NCBI RefSeq assembly: GCF_009914755.1
Contig: NC_060926.1
DNA from: the human T2T-CHM13v2.0 reference genome, Homo sapiens
Length of the DNA: 64,000 nt
Strand: one strand, 5' to 3'
Part shown: positions 1 to 12,370 of the stretch, piece after piece
How the letters are laid out: each line of letters opens with the position of its first letter
How positions within the stretch are numbered: the stretch's first letter is position 1
Notes under the pieces: model-generated
Told to the model about the DNA's origin: nothing
The model's input: only the letters and a program-made list of their open reading frames with translations
Database searches by the model: none
Program-made: the position numbers and the translations under genes

Positions 1-275
1 TGGCTCATGCCTGTAATTCCTGAACTTCAGGAGGCCAAGGTGGGAGGATAACTTGAGGCTAAGAGTTCAAGGCCAATCTGGGCAACACAGCAAGACACTG
101 TCTCTGCAAAATAAAACTAAAAAGTATCTGGGCATGGTTGCACACACCTGTACTAGCTAGTACGGGAGGCTGAGGTGGGAGGATCATTTGAGCTGAGGAG
201 TTCAAGACTGCAGTGAGCTATGACTGTACTACTATACTCCAATAGAGCAAGACTTTGTTTAAAAAAAAAAAACAA
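1..275 (+). mobile_element. Alu SINE (old, AluJ-like), 5' end clipped by window
   Basis: tggctcatgcctgtaattcc...two monomers...ctgcagtgagctatga...A-tail at ~261-275. Confidence 0.9.
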
Positions 276-299
276 AATACCAGCAATGTAATGTAATTT

Positions 300-763
300 T
301 CCTTTTGCTCTCTTGTACTCAATTCACGTGGTTTGAATGGGGTTGACTCCACTTCCTGATTCCAAAGTGATGATGTAATATAGGCCTTGCCAAACATGAT
401 ATCAGATGCCTTTTGCTTCATTAACAAGTCCAAAGGCCACATGATACAAAAAGGTACAGTTGGTTCATCTCAAGACTTTGTTAGAGCTTCTGAAAAAAGA
501 GGTACTCGCAGATAATGCAACTAAGCTGGTGGAATATAAGCTTAGCTCTGGGAGTGATCCATATGGTAAGAGCCTGTTCCAGCATACAGCCAAAACACAG
601 GAAAGAAGAGTCAAGGACGCAGGAGAACAAATGACATCTCGGGATCCAGCTTGCCAATAGCCAACCACCCTAAAACTTTCAGTTACACGACTCAATTACA
701 TTTGCTTTCATGTTTATGTGATTTTGAATTGAGTTTGTATCGCACAAAAGAGTCCAGAGCAAC
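300..763 (+). mobile_element. Ancient solo LTR (LTR16/ERVL- or MLT1-like)
   Basis: cacgtggtttgaatggggttgactccac near the 5' end and actttcagttacacgactcaattacattt...aaaagagtcc...aaca at the 3' end resemble LTR16-type consensus; boundaries approximate. Confidence 0.55.
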
Positions 764-1093
764 AGAGCTTTCCAATGCTGCCCATCACCTATAGTAAAAG
801 CTCTACAAATTCTTAATCTTGAATTTAAGAATGCATATGAACTAGAAAAAAATTTGTCTGTCACTCAACCTGATCTCCCATAACTCCTCCTAACTCAGAA
901 TATGTTCATGCTAAACTAAGCTTTTAAAGTTTCCAAACATTTCTCTATTTTTCCTGTGAACTTTTGTTCACAATACTTCCTTTTCCTACAGTGCTCTTCC
1001 ATTTCATCTCTATTTACCAAAATCTTTAACATCCCCTTAGATCTATGTCAGAATTTGCTAAGCAAGAATTAAACCCACTTCTCTGTACTGTAC

Positions 1094-1392
<299 letters not shown>

Positions 1393-2136
1393 TTCTACTG
1401 AACTTCTTTAGTGAATACTGCCCTCCTGTAGAACTGAGTATTCTGTGTGAGTTCTACAGTAATATCATGAGTATATAGTATACATACATGTCCTATGTCC
1501 CATGTCCTGTAGAGAGAGATAGCTAACATGACAGTCAAATGCCTTCTCTTTGAAAAGGCAAATAATCATGAAGGGCTGAGGCTGAAAAAGGAAATCTGAA
1601 CAAATAAGAAGTCATATTAGAGTGACTCTGAAGATAGAAGCACTGTTAACACTTATTCCCCAAAAATCTCTAGCTCTAAAAATTAAAGTTGAATATATAT
1701 ATATTTTAATTCAAGGAGATGTACAAATAAGCCTAGGAAAAAGTTAAGTTAAATGAAGCAGTGAATGAGCTGACAAAGTTGAATGAGAGACATGACAAAT
1801 TCCTTAAATCTTGATCTTGATGTTAATTCTTTGTTCATGACATCATAAAACTTAGGAACAGATAAATCATAAACCTTCAGTTACAAATGAAAAAAATAAT
1901 ATTACATACTCAAAAGTTAATACTAATACTCCAAAGTGATTTTTTTCAGGCCAAATAATTAATGGCAGAGCTGAGATTAAAACCCAGGACTGCTGATTCT
2001 CCTACCATAGTATGTTGTTTCTTTCAAACACAAGTGATTATTATTCTTTTGGTAAACTCTTTTATGTATATATACAATTTAAAATATTTTATTAAAGATC
2101 AGTTAAAGATTCATTTTTGTGGGGCAGATTCTAAGC

Positions 2137-2335
2137 CAGGGGCTACAAACACAAAGGCCTAAATGGGCCAGTTAAGCAACATAAATGTGAAAAGTAGGCT
2201 GTTATAAAATAATGGTGACCAGTAGTATTTGTGACCAAAATGAAGAATGTCTATCTGTCTAAAAGCATTAATTTAAAAAAAAGTTTAAACAATTGCAGTA
2301 TCCAAGCAAAATACCTCTTTGGGCCAAATTCTAAT
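2137..2335. mobile_element. Degenerate hAT-Charlie-type MITE
   Basis: caggggctacaaacacaaaggccta start and gggccaaattc near the end resemble hAT MER termini; family not resolved. Confidence 0.4.
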
Positions 2336-2468
2336 CTGTCATTTATTCTGATAGTGTCTCTTCCATAAATTTAAAAGTCATTGTTCATGGGTGGCCACTG
2401 TCAAAACTAAAAAGCCTTAAAATACAATCACATGAAATTTTACACAATATCACAGGCATGTTCTAGAC

Positions 2469-2667
2469 CAGTGGTGTCCAATCTTTGGCTTCTCTCAGCC
2501 ATGTTGGAAAAACAGTTGTCTTGGGCCACACATAAAATACACGAACAATAACAATAGCTGATGAGCTTAAAAAGAAATCTCATAATGTTTTAAGAAAGTT
2601 AGAAAATGTAAGAATTTGTGTTGGGCCGCATTCAAAGCTGTCCTGGGCCAAAGGCTAGACAAGCTTG
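2469..2667 (+). mobile_element. MER30 hAT-Charlie DNA transposon
   Basis: cagtggtgtccaatctttggcttc...gtcttgggccacacataaaatacac...ttgggccgcattcaaagctgtcctgggcc...gacaagcttg; perfect 8-bp TSD ttctagac at 2461-2468 and 2668-2675. Confidence 0.85.
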
Positions 2668-3010
2668 TTCTAGACTAATGTTTCCTGAACTAAGAAACTT
2701 TTTTTCTAGAAATACTTTTATACAAGGGAAATTCCAGAAAATCATATTTTCTTTTGTCAAAATTTACATAACAGAAAATGGCAGCTTTCATAGTCTGATT
2801 AATATAACCCATGAAAGTGAAAAAAATGTGTATGGAATTCTTTGGTTTAATCCAGTAAAACTGAGTAACACCAGCCCTTAAGTGACTTGTTTCTGTGTTT
2901 CTATGTAGAAGAGATGATATCTTTAGGCAGAGGATACCGGTAGTGCGCAGAGCAGGAAAAAAGTAAGTAAATTAACAAAGTGAATGGCAACCATATTTTT
3001 CAAACTCTAA

Positions 3011-3560
3011 TAACTCATTCCTTCGACCACATTTTCTAAGCAGCTATTATCTGCTAGGTGGCATACTAGGTATTAGGGATAAAACGATAAACAAGATAGA
3101 TATGACTCTTGTCATCATAAAGCTTAGAATAAAATGGGGAGAAAAAAATCAAGCAAACAAAATTATTACAGGTTATATAAAATGTTATTACAGAGGCAGA
3201 AAAAGAGTGCTAAAATAGAGGTCTCATTTTAGATCGGGTGCTCAGGAAAGGACTCTCTGAAATGACGAAACTTTAGCTGACTTGAGAAAGCCATGAAGAA
3301 CAAGGGGTGTGGGTTGGGGGCATGAGTAAGTATTGCCAACAAAGGGACCAGCAAGCAGTAATAGGACTTGAGGCAGGAAAAAGCTTGATGTTTCAAAGTG
3401 AGTAAACAAGGCCAGTGCTGCCACAGCACATTAACGAGAAGACAGGGGAGGAGATGATGTTGCAGAGGCAGACAGCGCCCAGATTGCGTGGACCACAGCA
3501 ACCCTGTGCATACTCTGGATTTTACATAGGCAATAGGAAATCACGGATGGCTTTCAATCA
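3011..3560 (-). mobile_element. L2 LINE 3' fragment
   Basis: ctcattccttcgaccacattttctaagcagctattat...ggcatactaggtattagggata typical reverse-complement L2 3' end; approximate. Confidence 0.55.
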
Positions 3561-5191
3561 GGGATTATTTAATCAAGGTTACAAGTATCAGCAAATGGAT
3601 ATAGGCACTAAGCTTTCTTTCAATCAACAAAGGGTTCACTAAGTGCTTGCTGTGTGCTAGCGCCATATGTCCATGTTTGTCAAGTTTGGCTTTGTATCAC
3701 CAGTGCTAGCATAGGCACTGGCTTTTAACATAAAAGCTCTTAATAAATACTAATGATGGAAAAGAATAATGAAAACAAGCTTAGAAAAGAACCAAAAGAT
3801 AACTAGTCTGGAGGAATTTTGACCAAGCCATCCCACCCCTCAATGCTCTCTCAACTACACATATTCAACCAGGAATTTCTCCTAAAGAAGGGGAGTGTTA
3901 CATTTTTATTATCAGCATGAGATGGTGAACAAAGGAAAACATAGCAGAGACTTTAGGAAAAAATTCACTGAAATACAGAATTAAGTTCTTTAGAAAGACA
4001 TAAGGATGAAATGACTGCACTTTTGTGAGCAGCATCTGTGACTCAGCTCCTACTCTCCCCTTGCAGTCATCTTTGTGGGATGGCAGCTCAGAAGACCAGC
4101 AGGTCCATGATGTGAACAAACACCAGGGCCTGAACAACAGAATAGTATAAATAAAGGAAAGATGAACAAGAATTAGTCATTAATGGAAAGGACAATGTGC
4201 CCCAAAGAGGGTAGTTGGCCAAATGTGACCCCAAGAAAACAAGAAAGCATGAAAGCTGCCTAAAGAAAGGATAAGGAAAGGAAAGGGCAACAGAGTATCT
4301 GCATCGTAGCTCTAGAGGCCCCATGTACAGGAAATCAGAGACAGTAGCAAAAGTAAACATATTGACTAAGACCTTAATAAAAGCAGAAAATCTTTCTCCT
4401 ATAAACAAATAAATGTTGGAGATGAAAGTAGAATTAAATACATCTTTTATTTTTCTAATTTTTTTCCTGTCATATGGAGAACTAACCATGAAGACACTAA
4501 ACACTTAAAAGCAACTAGGTAAGAAGTGCTCTAAAATCAGACTAATAGTCTCAATCATTATGTTAAAAACAAGCACATTAATTACAAAAGCAAAACTATG
4601 ATGCTCCTTATTCTATAGTCAGAGGTCTTTTATATAGCATATTTTGCATCCATTTGGGGATGAGTTTTTTTCCCCGTTTATTTTCCATTCCATTCATTAA
4701 AAATAATGATTGTCTTCCCTCTGTAAAAGTATAATAAACATCCAGCTTGTCTTTTAAAACACAGTTGTCGAACTTTAAAGGGCAAATATACAGGAGATTT
4801 ATCCTAGAGGTCTTTAAAGCAGAGTCTGTTAGGAATAATGTCTTGTATCCAGGGAGCCATATAGAACCTTACGTGTAATATTTTATTTTTTAAAATAAGC
4901 TAGAAAGGATATTAAAAGTGTCTACTTGAAGTTGCACTGAAGCGCTTAACTCCTGGGAAACAGTGGTTTCACAGTGCATGCTACTAACTACACAAACACT
5001 TTTGAATTGGCAACCTGTGGTAAGAATAAACTATAAACTCCATAACAAGAAAACTTTGTTCCCCTTCTAACTGGAATATTTTCATCTTGAAAACACTGAC
5101 AAAGGAACACAAAGAAACATGGAAAAGATGAAGCCTAGAAACCATCCTTTAGGGACAATGATGACAGGTTTAAGTTCTAGTTTTACAATGA

Positions 5192-5194
<3 letters not shown>

Positions 5195-5236
<42 letters not shown>

Positions 5237-5267
5237 ACGTGCGCACGCACACATGTATGCGCATATG
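5195..5267. repeat. (GT)20 microsatellite extended by alternating purine-pyrimidine tract
   Basis: gt x20 (5195-5234) followed by gcacgtgcgcacgcacacatgtatgcgcatatg. Confidence 0.95.
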
Positions 5268-5910
5268 AGAAACAGAAGAGTGGGGGAGAGAGCAAAGAGA
5301 CAGAAAGAGGCAGGGACTGACCAAATGGTTGGTTATTTGGTTTGCAGGATTATCCTATTTCAGTAGATTTGTGGTCAGCTACATTTTCAACATAAAGTCA
5401 GCATGCCTAAATTAAACAATCCTGTCAATCAGAAGAAACTCCAGTGAGATGAAATACTGTGGAAGAAGCCCTAAGGGCCATGCAAGTCTAGAACTAGGCC
5501 GCGGTGTGTGCTGGCTAGACAGGACAGCAAGACTGGTACAGAAACAAACCAAAAGAAGACCCACAACAAGGCAGTACAGGATGGCGAAGCTAGTAGGCTG
5601 AATGATACAAAGACCTCAAAAGAGGAAAATTCAAATGAACTGTGACTTCTGAAGATTAAGAGAACATCACAGATTCACAGACCCAGAAAAGCACCTGGTG
5701 TCTGGCCCTCCAGCCTCCAACAAGAATCAAGAACTGTAATATGTCTCAAGACTGGGAGAAGTACCATACCTACTTCTAATTGTAAAATATAATAATATAT
5801 ATTTTAATCAAGACATATTTAGGTTTAATTTAATTAAATAATTTACCATGTTTTAACTGGAATGAAGACAGAATAGTTGTTAAGACAATGGGCTTAAGAA
5901 GAACGAATAG

Positions 5911-7200
5911 ACAAACCTGACAAAAACAAGAAATGGGGAAAGGATTCCCTATTTAATAAATGGTGCTGGGAAAACTGGCTAGCCATATGTAGAAAGCTGA
6001 AACTGGATCCCTTCCTTACACCTTATACAAAAATTAATTCAAGATGGATTAAAGACTTAAATGTTAGACCTAAAACCATAAAAACCCCAGAAGAAAACCT
6101 AGGCAATACCATTCAGGACATAGGCATGGGCAAGGACTTCATGTCTAAAACACCAAAAGCAATGGCAACAAAAGCCAAAATTGACAAATGGGATCTAATT
6201 AAACTAAAGAGCTTCTGCACAGCAAAAGAAATCACCATCAGAGTGAACAGGCAACCTAAAGAATGGGAGAAAATTTTTGCAATCTGGTCATCTGACAAAG
6301 AGCTAATAACCAGAATCTACAATGAACTCAAACAAATTTACAAGAAAAAAACAACCCCATCAACAAGTAGGCGAAGGATATGAACAGACACTTCTTAAAA
6401 GAAGACATTTATGCAGCCAACAGACACGTGAAAAAATTCTCATCATCACTGGCCATCAGAGAAATGCAAATCAAAACCACAATGAGATACCATCTCACAC
6501 CAGTTAGAATGATGATCATTAAAAAGTCAGAAAACAACAGGTGCTGGAGAGGATGTGGAGAAATAGGAACACTTTTACACTGTTGTTGGGACTGTAAGCT
6601 AGTTCAACCATTGTGGAAGTCAGCGTGGCAATTCCTCAAGGATCTAGAACTAGAAATACCATTTGACCCAGCCATCTCATTACTGGGTATATGCCCAAAG
6701 GATTATAAATCATGCTGGTATAAAGACACATGCACACGTATGTTTATTGTGGCACTATTCACAATAGCAAAGACTTGGAACCAGCCCAAATGTCCAAAAA
6801 CGATAGACTGGATTAAGAAAATGTGGCACACATACACCATGGAATACTATGCAGCCATAAAAAATGATGAGTTCATGTCCTTTGTAGGGACATGGATGAA
6901 GCTGGAAACCATCATTCTCAGCAAACTATTGCAAGGACAAAAAATCAAACACTGCATGTTCTCACTCATAGGTGGGAATTGAACAATGAGAACACATGGA
7001 CACAGGAAGGGGAACATCACACACCGGGGCCTGTTGTGGGGTGGGGGGAGGGGGGAGGGATAGCATTAAGAGATATACCTAATGTTAAACGACGAGTTAA
7101 TGGGTACAGCACACCAACATGGCACATGTATACATATGTAACAAACCTGCACATTGTGCACATGTACCCTAAAACTTAAAAGTATAATTAAAAAAAGAAG
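5911..7200 (+). mobile_element. 5'-truncated L1PA (L1PA4-like): ORF2 C-terminus plus 3'UTR
   Basis: ORFs 6126-6383 and 6380-6982 translate to L1 ORF2p C-terminal sequence ([14 protein letters not shown]) broken by a frameshift; G-rich 3'UTR; perfect 15-bp TSD aagaagaacgaatag at 5896-5910 and 7201-7215, preceded by tt (L1 endonuclease-like site). Confidence 0.95.
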
Positions 7201-8767
7201 AAGAAGAACGAATAGTATATAGTCTTTGCAGGTGGCCAGACTTGAACTCAAATCACATATCCACCACTAATCCAGGCACTTTGCAGCCTCCCATCAGCCA
7301 TTTATGGCAATCCAGGGGTTCTGTCCTCATGCTTGTACTTCATGGTTGCGGACATCACAACCAGTCAAATGTAGGAAAGGGGAGTTGGCCTTCTTCTTTT
7401 ATAAGTAAAATTTAAAATCAAACCACTTTGCTGGAAGAACTCCCAGAAGTCACCCACTTAACTCTAATTTGCCACAACTTGGAGACTGATCAACCCAAGC
7501 TGCAAGGAGAGTAGGGAAAATTTGGCAAAGGAGAATGGGATCATCCTAACTAATTTAAGTCAATGTTGCTTCACTCCCAAGGGCTGGATACCTATCCATC
7601 CTAAAGAAAACTGTGATTCTGTTAACAAGGAAGAAGGGCCGTTAAGTGGGCAATGATCAGTATCTGTCACAATACCTCAGATGAAACAAAAAATGTAATT
7701 GTAAGCACCTGAGGGTGAAAAAATGATTTCTAAATAACAGAGATTCTTTCACTTCACTAAAGACACTACAGAATGAAAAGTGAATAAAATATCCTCGATA
7801 CCTAGTTTAGGGTGCAGTCTAAGAAAGTAGAAATGCTTCATCCTGGAACGAATGATTAACATTTCATAACCCAAAAGTTAATGCCTTCCCTCAAGCTCCA
7901 CATTCAAAACTTTTTTCTGTATCCTGTGAAGTTTCTAAGGCAAAGCTATAATATAATCTAAGAATAACAATAACTATTGACTACTTTTGACAAAATAACT
8001 TGTTGAGCTTTCGTAATCTATAATAAAACTAAACAGCTCTAACATGAATCATGATATATTCTTTTAGTTGTCAAGATAAAGCAGAATCAAACTGATTAAT
8101 TAGGCTGAAGCATTTATTCTTTTAATAATAAAATACTTTTCAGAGAGTAAGCTTATAATAGCAACAATACATGTTCAGAAGCTGAGAAAAACACCAATAT
8201 GTATCTACATTCAAAGTCTTTCTCATCAGACACACTCGTATTTGTTCAGAGTATTTTGCATAGTAGGCAATATTGGTGCTTAATCATTTTACCTTTATGA
8301 GTTTAATGATTTCATGCACTAAATATACAAAAAGAGTAACAACTGGAAAGCAAAAATTTTTCATATCTTTAAAAATCTCCACAGAGCTCAGACTTATTTA
8401 GTGTAGCAAAAGGTTACTCTTGCACTTCAATCTAGGATTGAATGCACGCATTTGTAAACTTAGTATCATGCTATCAAGTTTTCATGCTACTGCTATTTTT
8501 CTAAAAGTATTCAAAAAAGTTACTTGGTAAAGAGTAGAGAAGTTATCATTGCTCAAATATAAGTTAAACTGGTGAGGCATGTCTTTGGGTTAAAGACTGA
8601 TTAGATTAGTATAGTTAACTGCAAAGGCTAAATGGCATACCTTGAGAGATGACAGATACCATTGTTAGGCGGTGGAGGTTATGGCTATCGCAGAGTAAGG
8701 CTTTATATCACCATCTTTCAGATATCCACCTCCCAAATAACTTATCCTCAAATGCTGTGACACTTAC

Positions 8768-8866
8768 CCTCAAATGCTTCAGGCTTCAAAGAGAGTAGGG
8801 AAGCCATATGCACAGAAGTGTTTGCATGCTATCACACACATGTATTTGTGATACAATAATGTAATT
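8768..8866 (-). other. Candidate cryptic/poison cassette exon (99 nt)
   Basis: minus strand: ttttgattatgcagtttttcAG|AATTAC...TTGAGG|GTAAGT; in-frame TGA if joined after the 10647 donor; splice-signal prediction only. Confidence 0.25.
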
Positions 8867-9615
8867 CTGAAAAACTGCATAATCAAAATGAAATCAAACA
8901 ACAGATATAGAAATGGCTCATTTTAATGTTCAAATCACTGTAGAAATTTATTATACTGAATGGCACTGTTAAATGAAAAAGTGCCATAAAGTCAACTGGA
9001 TTACTTGACCTTAAGTAATATAATACAATTGGTGCTGCAAAAACACAATTAAATGAGATGTGAAAGCAACCATAAACAGTCATATTTTAACACAGCAATA
9101 GTCTTATCATTGCCTTTACAACTTTTATATCATCATGTTCATTGAAATTCCTCATACTATTAGTGAATCAACAATATTCACTTAGTGATATCGGAATATA
9201 AAACATTAAATCATGTAAAGAAGGATACACTTTAAATTCGAAAAAAATACAAAATTCTGAATACGCACTAAAACAGCATTTTACCTTTAAAATCCTAAGC
9301 CATGTAACTGGAATGCTCACTGCTATTCCATCTGACACTATGCATTCTCAGAGACGATACATAATTTTCATACAGAAAATCGTTACTCTCTGAATCCCTC
9401 AAGTTCCTACTAGGAACAGCAAGCTACATTTAAGTCACAAGCTGCTATGTCTCCTGTGGCCACTTTAGAAGCAGCAGATGGGTAGAGGTACTGGAGGCAA
9501 GATGGGCATTGGAGCTTCCAACATGCCCTTCCTCTAAGAACCTATCTGCTCTAACTCCATTCATTATCAGCCCAGAACTGTTCATTCCTGCCCAAACCAA
9601 TGCAGTCCTACACAC

Positions 9616-9679
9616 AGGCTTATCCCATTATTTAAAAAAGTATATAACACTTAAAGTTTTATATCATTTGTGTTAATAA
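9616..9679 (+). repeat. 64-bp direct repeat, copy 1
   Basis: aggcttatcccattatttaaaaaagtatataacacttaaagttttatatcatttgtgttaataa; 63/64 identical to 10975-11038. Confidence 0.95.
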
Positions 9680-9888
9680 ACGGCAAGAACATCAGCTATG
9701 TTAACCACCATACGATAGTCTTCCACGATTTAACCATCAGGAGAATACACAGGAATACATACAAATGGAGAATAAGGAGGAAGAGATGTTCAAGGGGATT
9801 CCATCCTACCTGTTCCCTCAGTAAAAATGTAATGAGTATTTACCTCCATCTTTTCAGTGTGTCCCATAAGACTCTTTTATTTTCTAAA

Positions 9889-10057
9889 TTATTATTATTA
9901 TTATTGTTATTATTATTAGGGATGGGGGTCTCACTCTATTGCCCAGGCTGGAGTGCAGTGGCTGGCTCACTGCAGCCTTGAACTCCCAGGCTCAAGCAAT
10001 CCTCCCACCTCAGCCTCCTGAGTAACTGAGACCAGAGGCACATGCCACTGGCCCAGC
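9889..10057 (-). mobile_element. Single Alu monomer (FRAM/FAM-like or truncated AluJ) with (TTA)n tail
   Basis: (tta)n then ggggtctcactctattgcccaggctggagtgcagtgg...ctcagcctcctgagtaactg...cccagct. Confidence 0.85.
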
Positions 10058-10646
10058 TCATGAGACGCTTTCTAATAGGTCCTCCTAGTTCCTACTTCCT
10101 AACAAACCAGAATTCAGAATTGAGTTCTGTGCCCCTCAAATCTACTCACCCTTCAAGAATAAGTCAAAGGTTACCAACTCTACAAAGCCACCTCCAGTTT
10201 GTCACAATCCAAATCAACCTCTCCATCTTTCACCTCTCATTGCACTTGCCTATCTCTACCTCAACAGACTTTAAAGCCTTGGACGTATCCACCTTTCAAC
10301 TCTGGTTCCTAGTACAGAGCAGATACAATGAACCAAACTAGAAGATCTACTGTTCTCTCAGGCCAAAAATTGTTACCCATACCCATACCCCTATACATAA
10401 TGAAATCACAAGACAATGAGAAAACACATATGGTTGGTTCTAAATGAAGCTTCTTTCCTACTGACCAGGTGTCCTTAGAGGATGAGTATACTCCACTGCT
10501 CTGCTCTCTCTAAAGAAATATCTACTATAGTCATAATAACCAATTCCATAGTTGGAGAAATTCTCAAAGATACTGATGGAGAAGCAACATCCTCATAACA
10601 GGTACTTTTTAAAAAACGCTGAAAATGCATCCTGAGCTCTAATTAC

Positions 10647-10825
10647 CTGTAATGCTCACTGATGGGAATGGTCTGAGAGAAATATAAAGCAGATGTCCGG
10701 GCTCTCCAATGCCATTTCTTTGCAGGAAGGGTATAAACGACACAGTCTCCTAACTCTTCTTGAAGAAGATCCACCAGCTGTTTATGGGAGCCTCCATAGA
10801 ATGCTTCAATGATGAGGATACTCAT
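10647..10825 (-). CDS. GTDC1: First coding exon of GTDC1/QTMAN (glycosyltransferase-like domain containing 1; queuosine-tRNA mannosyltransferase), 59 codons + 2 nt
   Basis: Translation [59 protein letters not shown](R) recognised as the GTDC1 N-terminus; ATG at 10825-10823; donor TACAG|GTAATT at 10647/10646; remaining exons lie left of the window. Confidence 0.93.
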
Positions 10826-10833
10826 TGGCCCAT
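10822..10833 (-). promoter_or_regulatory. uORF Met-Gly-Gln-stop overlapping the main start codon
   Basis: ATG GGC CAA TGA; the A of CAA plus TG of TGA form the main ATG. Confidence 0.7.
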
Positions 10834-10848
10834 TCAAACCTTCAGATC
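10826..10848 (-). other. GTDC1: 5'UTR part of the 202-nt start-codon exon (10647-10848)
   Basis: acceptor ttttttggttgttatttAG|GATCTGAAGG at 10849/10848. Confidence 0.85.
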
Positions 10849-10974
10849 CTAAATAACAACCAAAAAATGTATATTTTTTCCATTACATACATGTATAAAA
10901 TTTTTAATAAAAATAAGTTCAAATTTCATACTCAGAAAATACAAATAATTTAGCAATGTGTTATTTTTCAAAAT

Positions 10975-11038
10975 AGGCTTATCCCATTATTTAAATAAGT
11001 ATATAACACTTAAAGTTTTATATCATTTGTGTTAATAA
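10975..11038 (+). repeat. 64-bp direct repeat, copy 2
   Basis: aggcttatcccattatttaaataagtatataacacttaaagttttatatcatttgtgttaataa. Confidence 0.95.
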
Positions 11039-12184
11039 GAAGAAATAAAGGTGTCTTTATTTTTCTGATTTGTTTTCCTCATGTCATAAGATTGTCTCCA
11101 CTATGACTCTTAGTTTTTTCTCCAACATCAGAAAGCTGAAAGCCCTCACCTGCTGTGATCACTCACTTCCTGGTTTGTTCGGCTGTAAGCCTAACTCAGT
11201 AATCTCAGAAACTACTTGACTTAGAGCTCTAGTCTTGGACAGTCACTGAACTCATCTTCTAATGACGACTTTCACTTCAAGAGTCCTTCATTTATAAGGC
11301 CCTTTCTGGTTCAGAAATTCTGTGATTCTGTAACTCTTGTATTACTCCATCTTTAAATTCATCAGGTATAACTGCCCCTAGTGAATACGTATTTAAAAGA
11401 AGGCATATCAACCAAATGCAAATCTCTATTTTCTAGTGTTAAAAACTTTAGGATGCAATTTCTTGAGACACTACACATACTTTGATCACTTCCCCACACT
11501 TGTCAATGTATCACCCCAAAATGGAACACCAAAACAATGTGGTAAAGTTGTATGTGTGTGAACCAGTAAGGTTTCTACAACCTTTCTTTAGACAAGCAAC
11601 CTATTAAGAGGGATAAAGTAGCAATAATGGGGTTACTAAAGACATGATAAAATTTCATCACAGAGAATTAGCTATCAAGCCATTTTTCATTTGAATATAA
11701 TTTTTGTTAATGTGCTCAGTGAAATAAAAAGATATCTATGAACATAAAATCTCTAATATACATCTCAAATTATATGTTATTTCCTGTAAGACATAGGGGA
11801 AAAACATCATTCCATGCATAAATGCTATATTGCTTAAAAAATATTCCAGATGTTTGAATTTTCCTTTATGACTTAAGTAAATATCACTCATTAAATAGCA
11901 TAATGCTTTTCTTAATAATGTTGTTCCACAAAATTATTAGTCTCAATGACTCAATGATGTTCTTCACTAATAAAACTACACTTTGTTCAAAGTAATGGCT
12001 ACTTAAATTGCATTTCAAAGCAAAAAGGCTTCCTTTTGATGTCTAAATTTTCCAATGAGCATTTGGGAGGATGGGGGAATATAAATCTATATATTATGTG
12101 GGCGGGGGGGGGCTGTGGGGGACTGTGTGTGTATATTTCATTTATATGCAAAATAAGAATCAGTGGTCGTCCTCAGATGGAAAA

Positions 12185-12370
12185 GGCATGAATCCTAGGA
12201 TCAAGGACATACATGTTTGAACCTCAGCTCTGTCACTTCCAAGCTGTATGACCTTGGACAAGTTACCTAATTTTGTAGGACTTAGTCTCATCATCTCCAA
12301 AATAGAGACAACAGTACTAACCTCAGACATGTGTTAAGATAAAATTAGAAAATGCATGTGAAGCACAGTA
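12185..12370 (+). mobile_element. MIR SINE
   Basis: core-like tttgaacctcagctctgtcacttccaagctgtatgaccttggacaagttacctaa...ctcatcatctccaaaatagaga. Confidence 0.75.

Noticed and set aside
1426-1459. Hairpin ctgtagaact...agttctacag
   Set aside because: A 10-bp stem is too short for a pre-miRNA and is plausible by chance in 64 kb
6380-6982. 200-aa ORF, the longest in the window
   Set aside because: C-terminal remnant of L1 ORF2p in a 5'-truncated, frameshifted L1PA; not a host gene
10643-10837. ORF-track single-exon 64-aa protein starting MNGP
   Set aside because: The track start is a TTG and its stop is the intronic GTAA of the splice donor; the real unit is a spliced exon with ATG at 10825
11144-11192. 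Two donor-like motifs on the minus strand (GGAA|GTGAGT, CAG|GTGAGG) between the circle exons
   Set aside because: No convincing polypyrimidine acceptor upstream; noted because inclusion would alter the predicted circle
12099-12121. G-rich run resembling a G-quadruplex
   Set aside because: Short isolated tract with no promoter or CpG-island context; nothing else supports function
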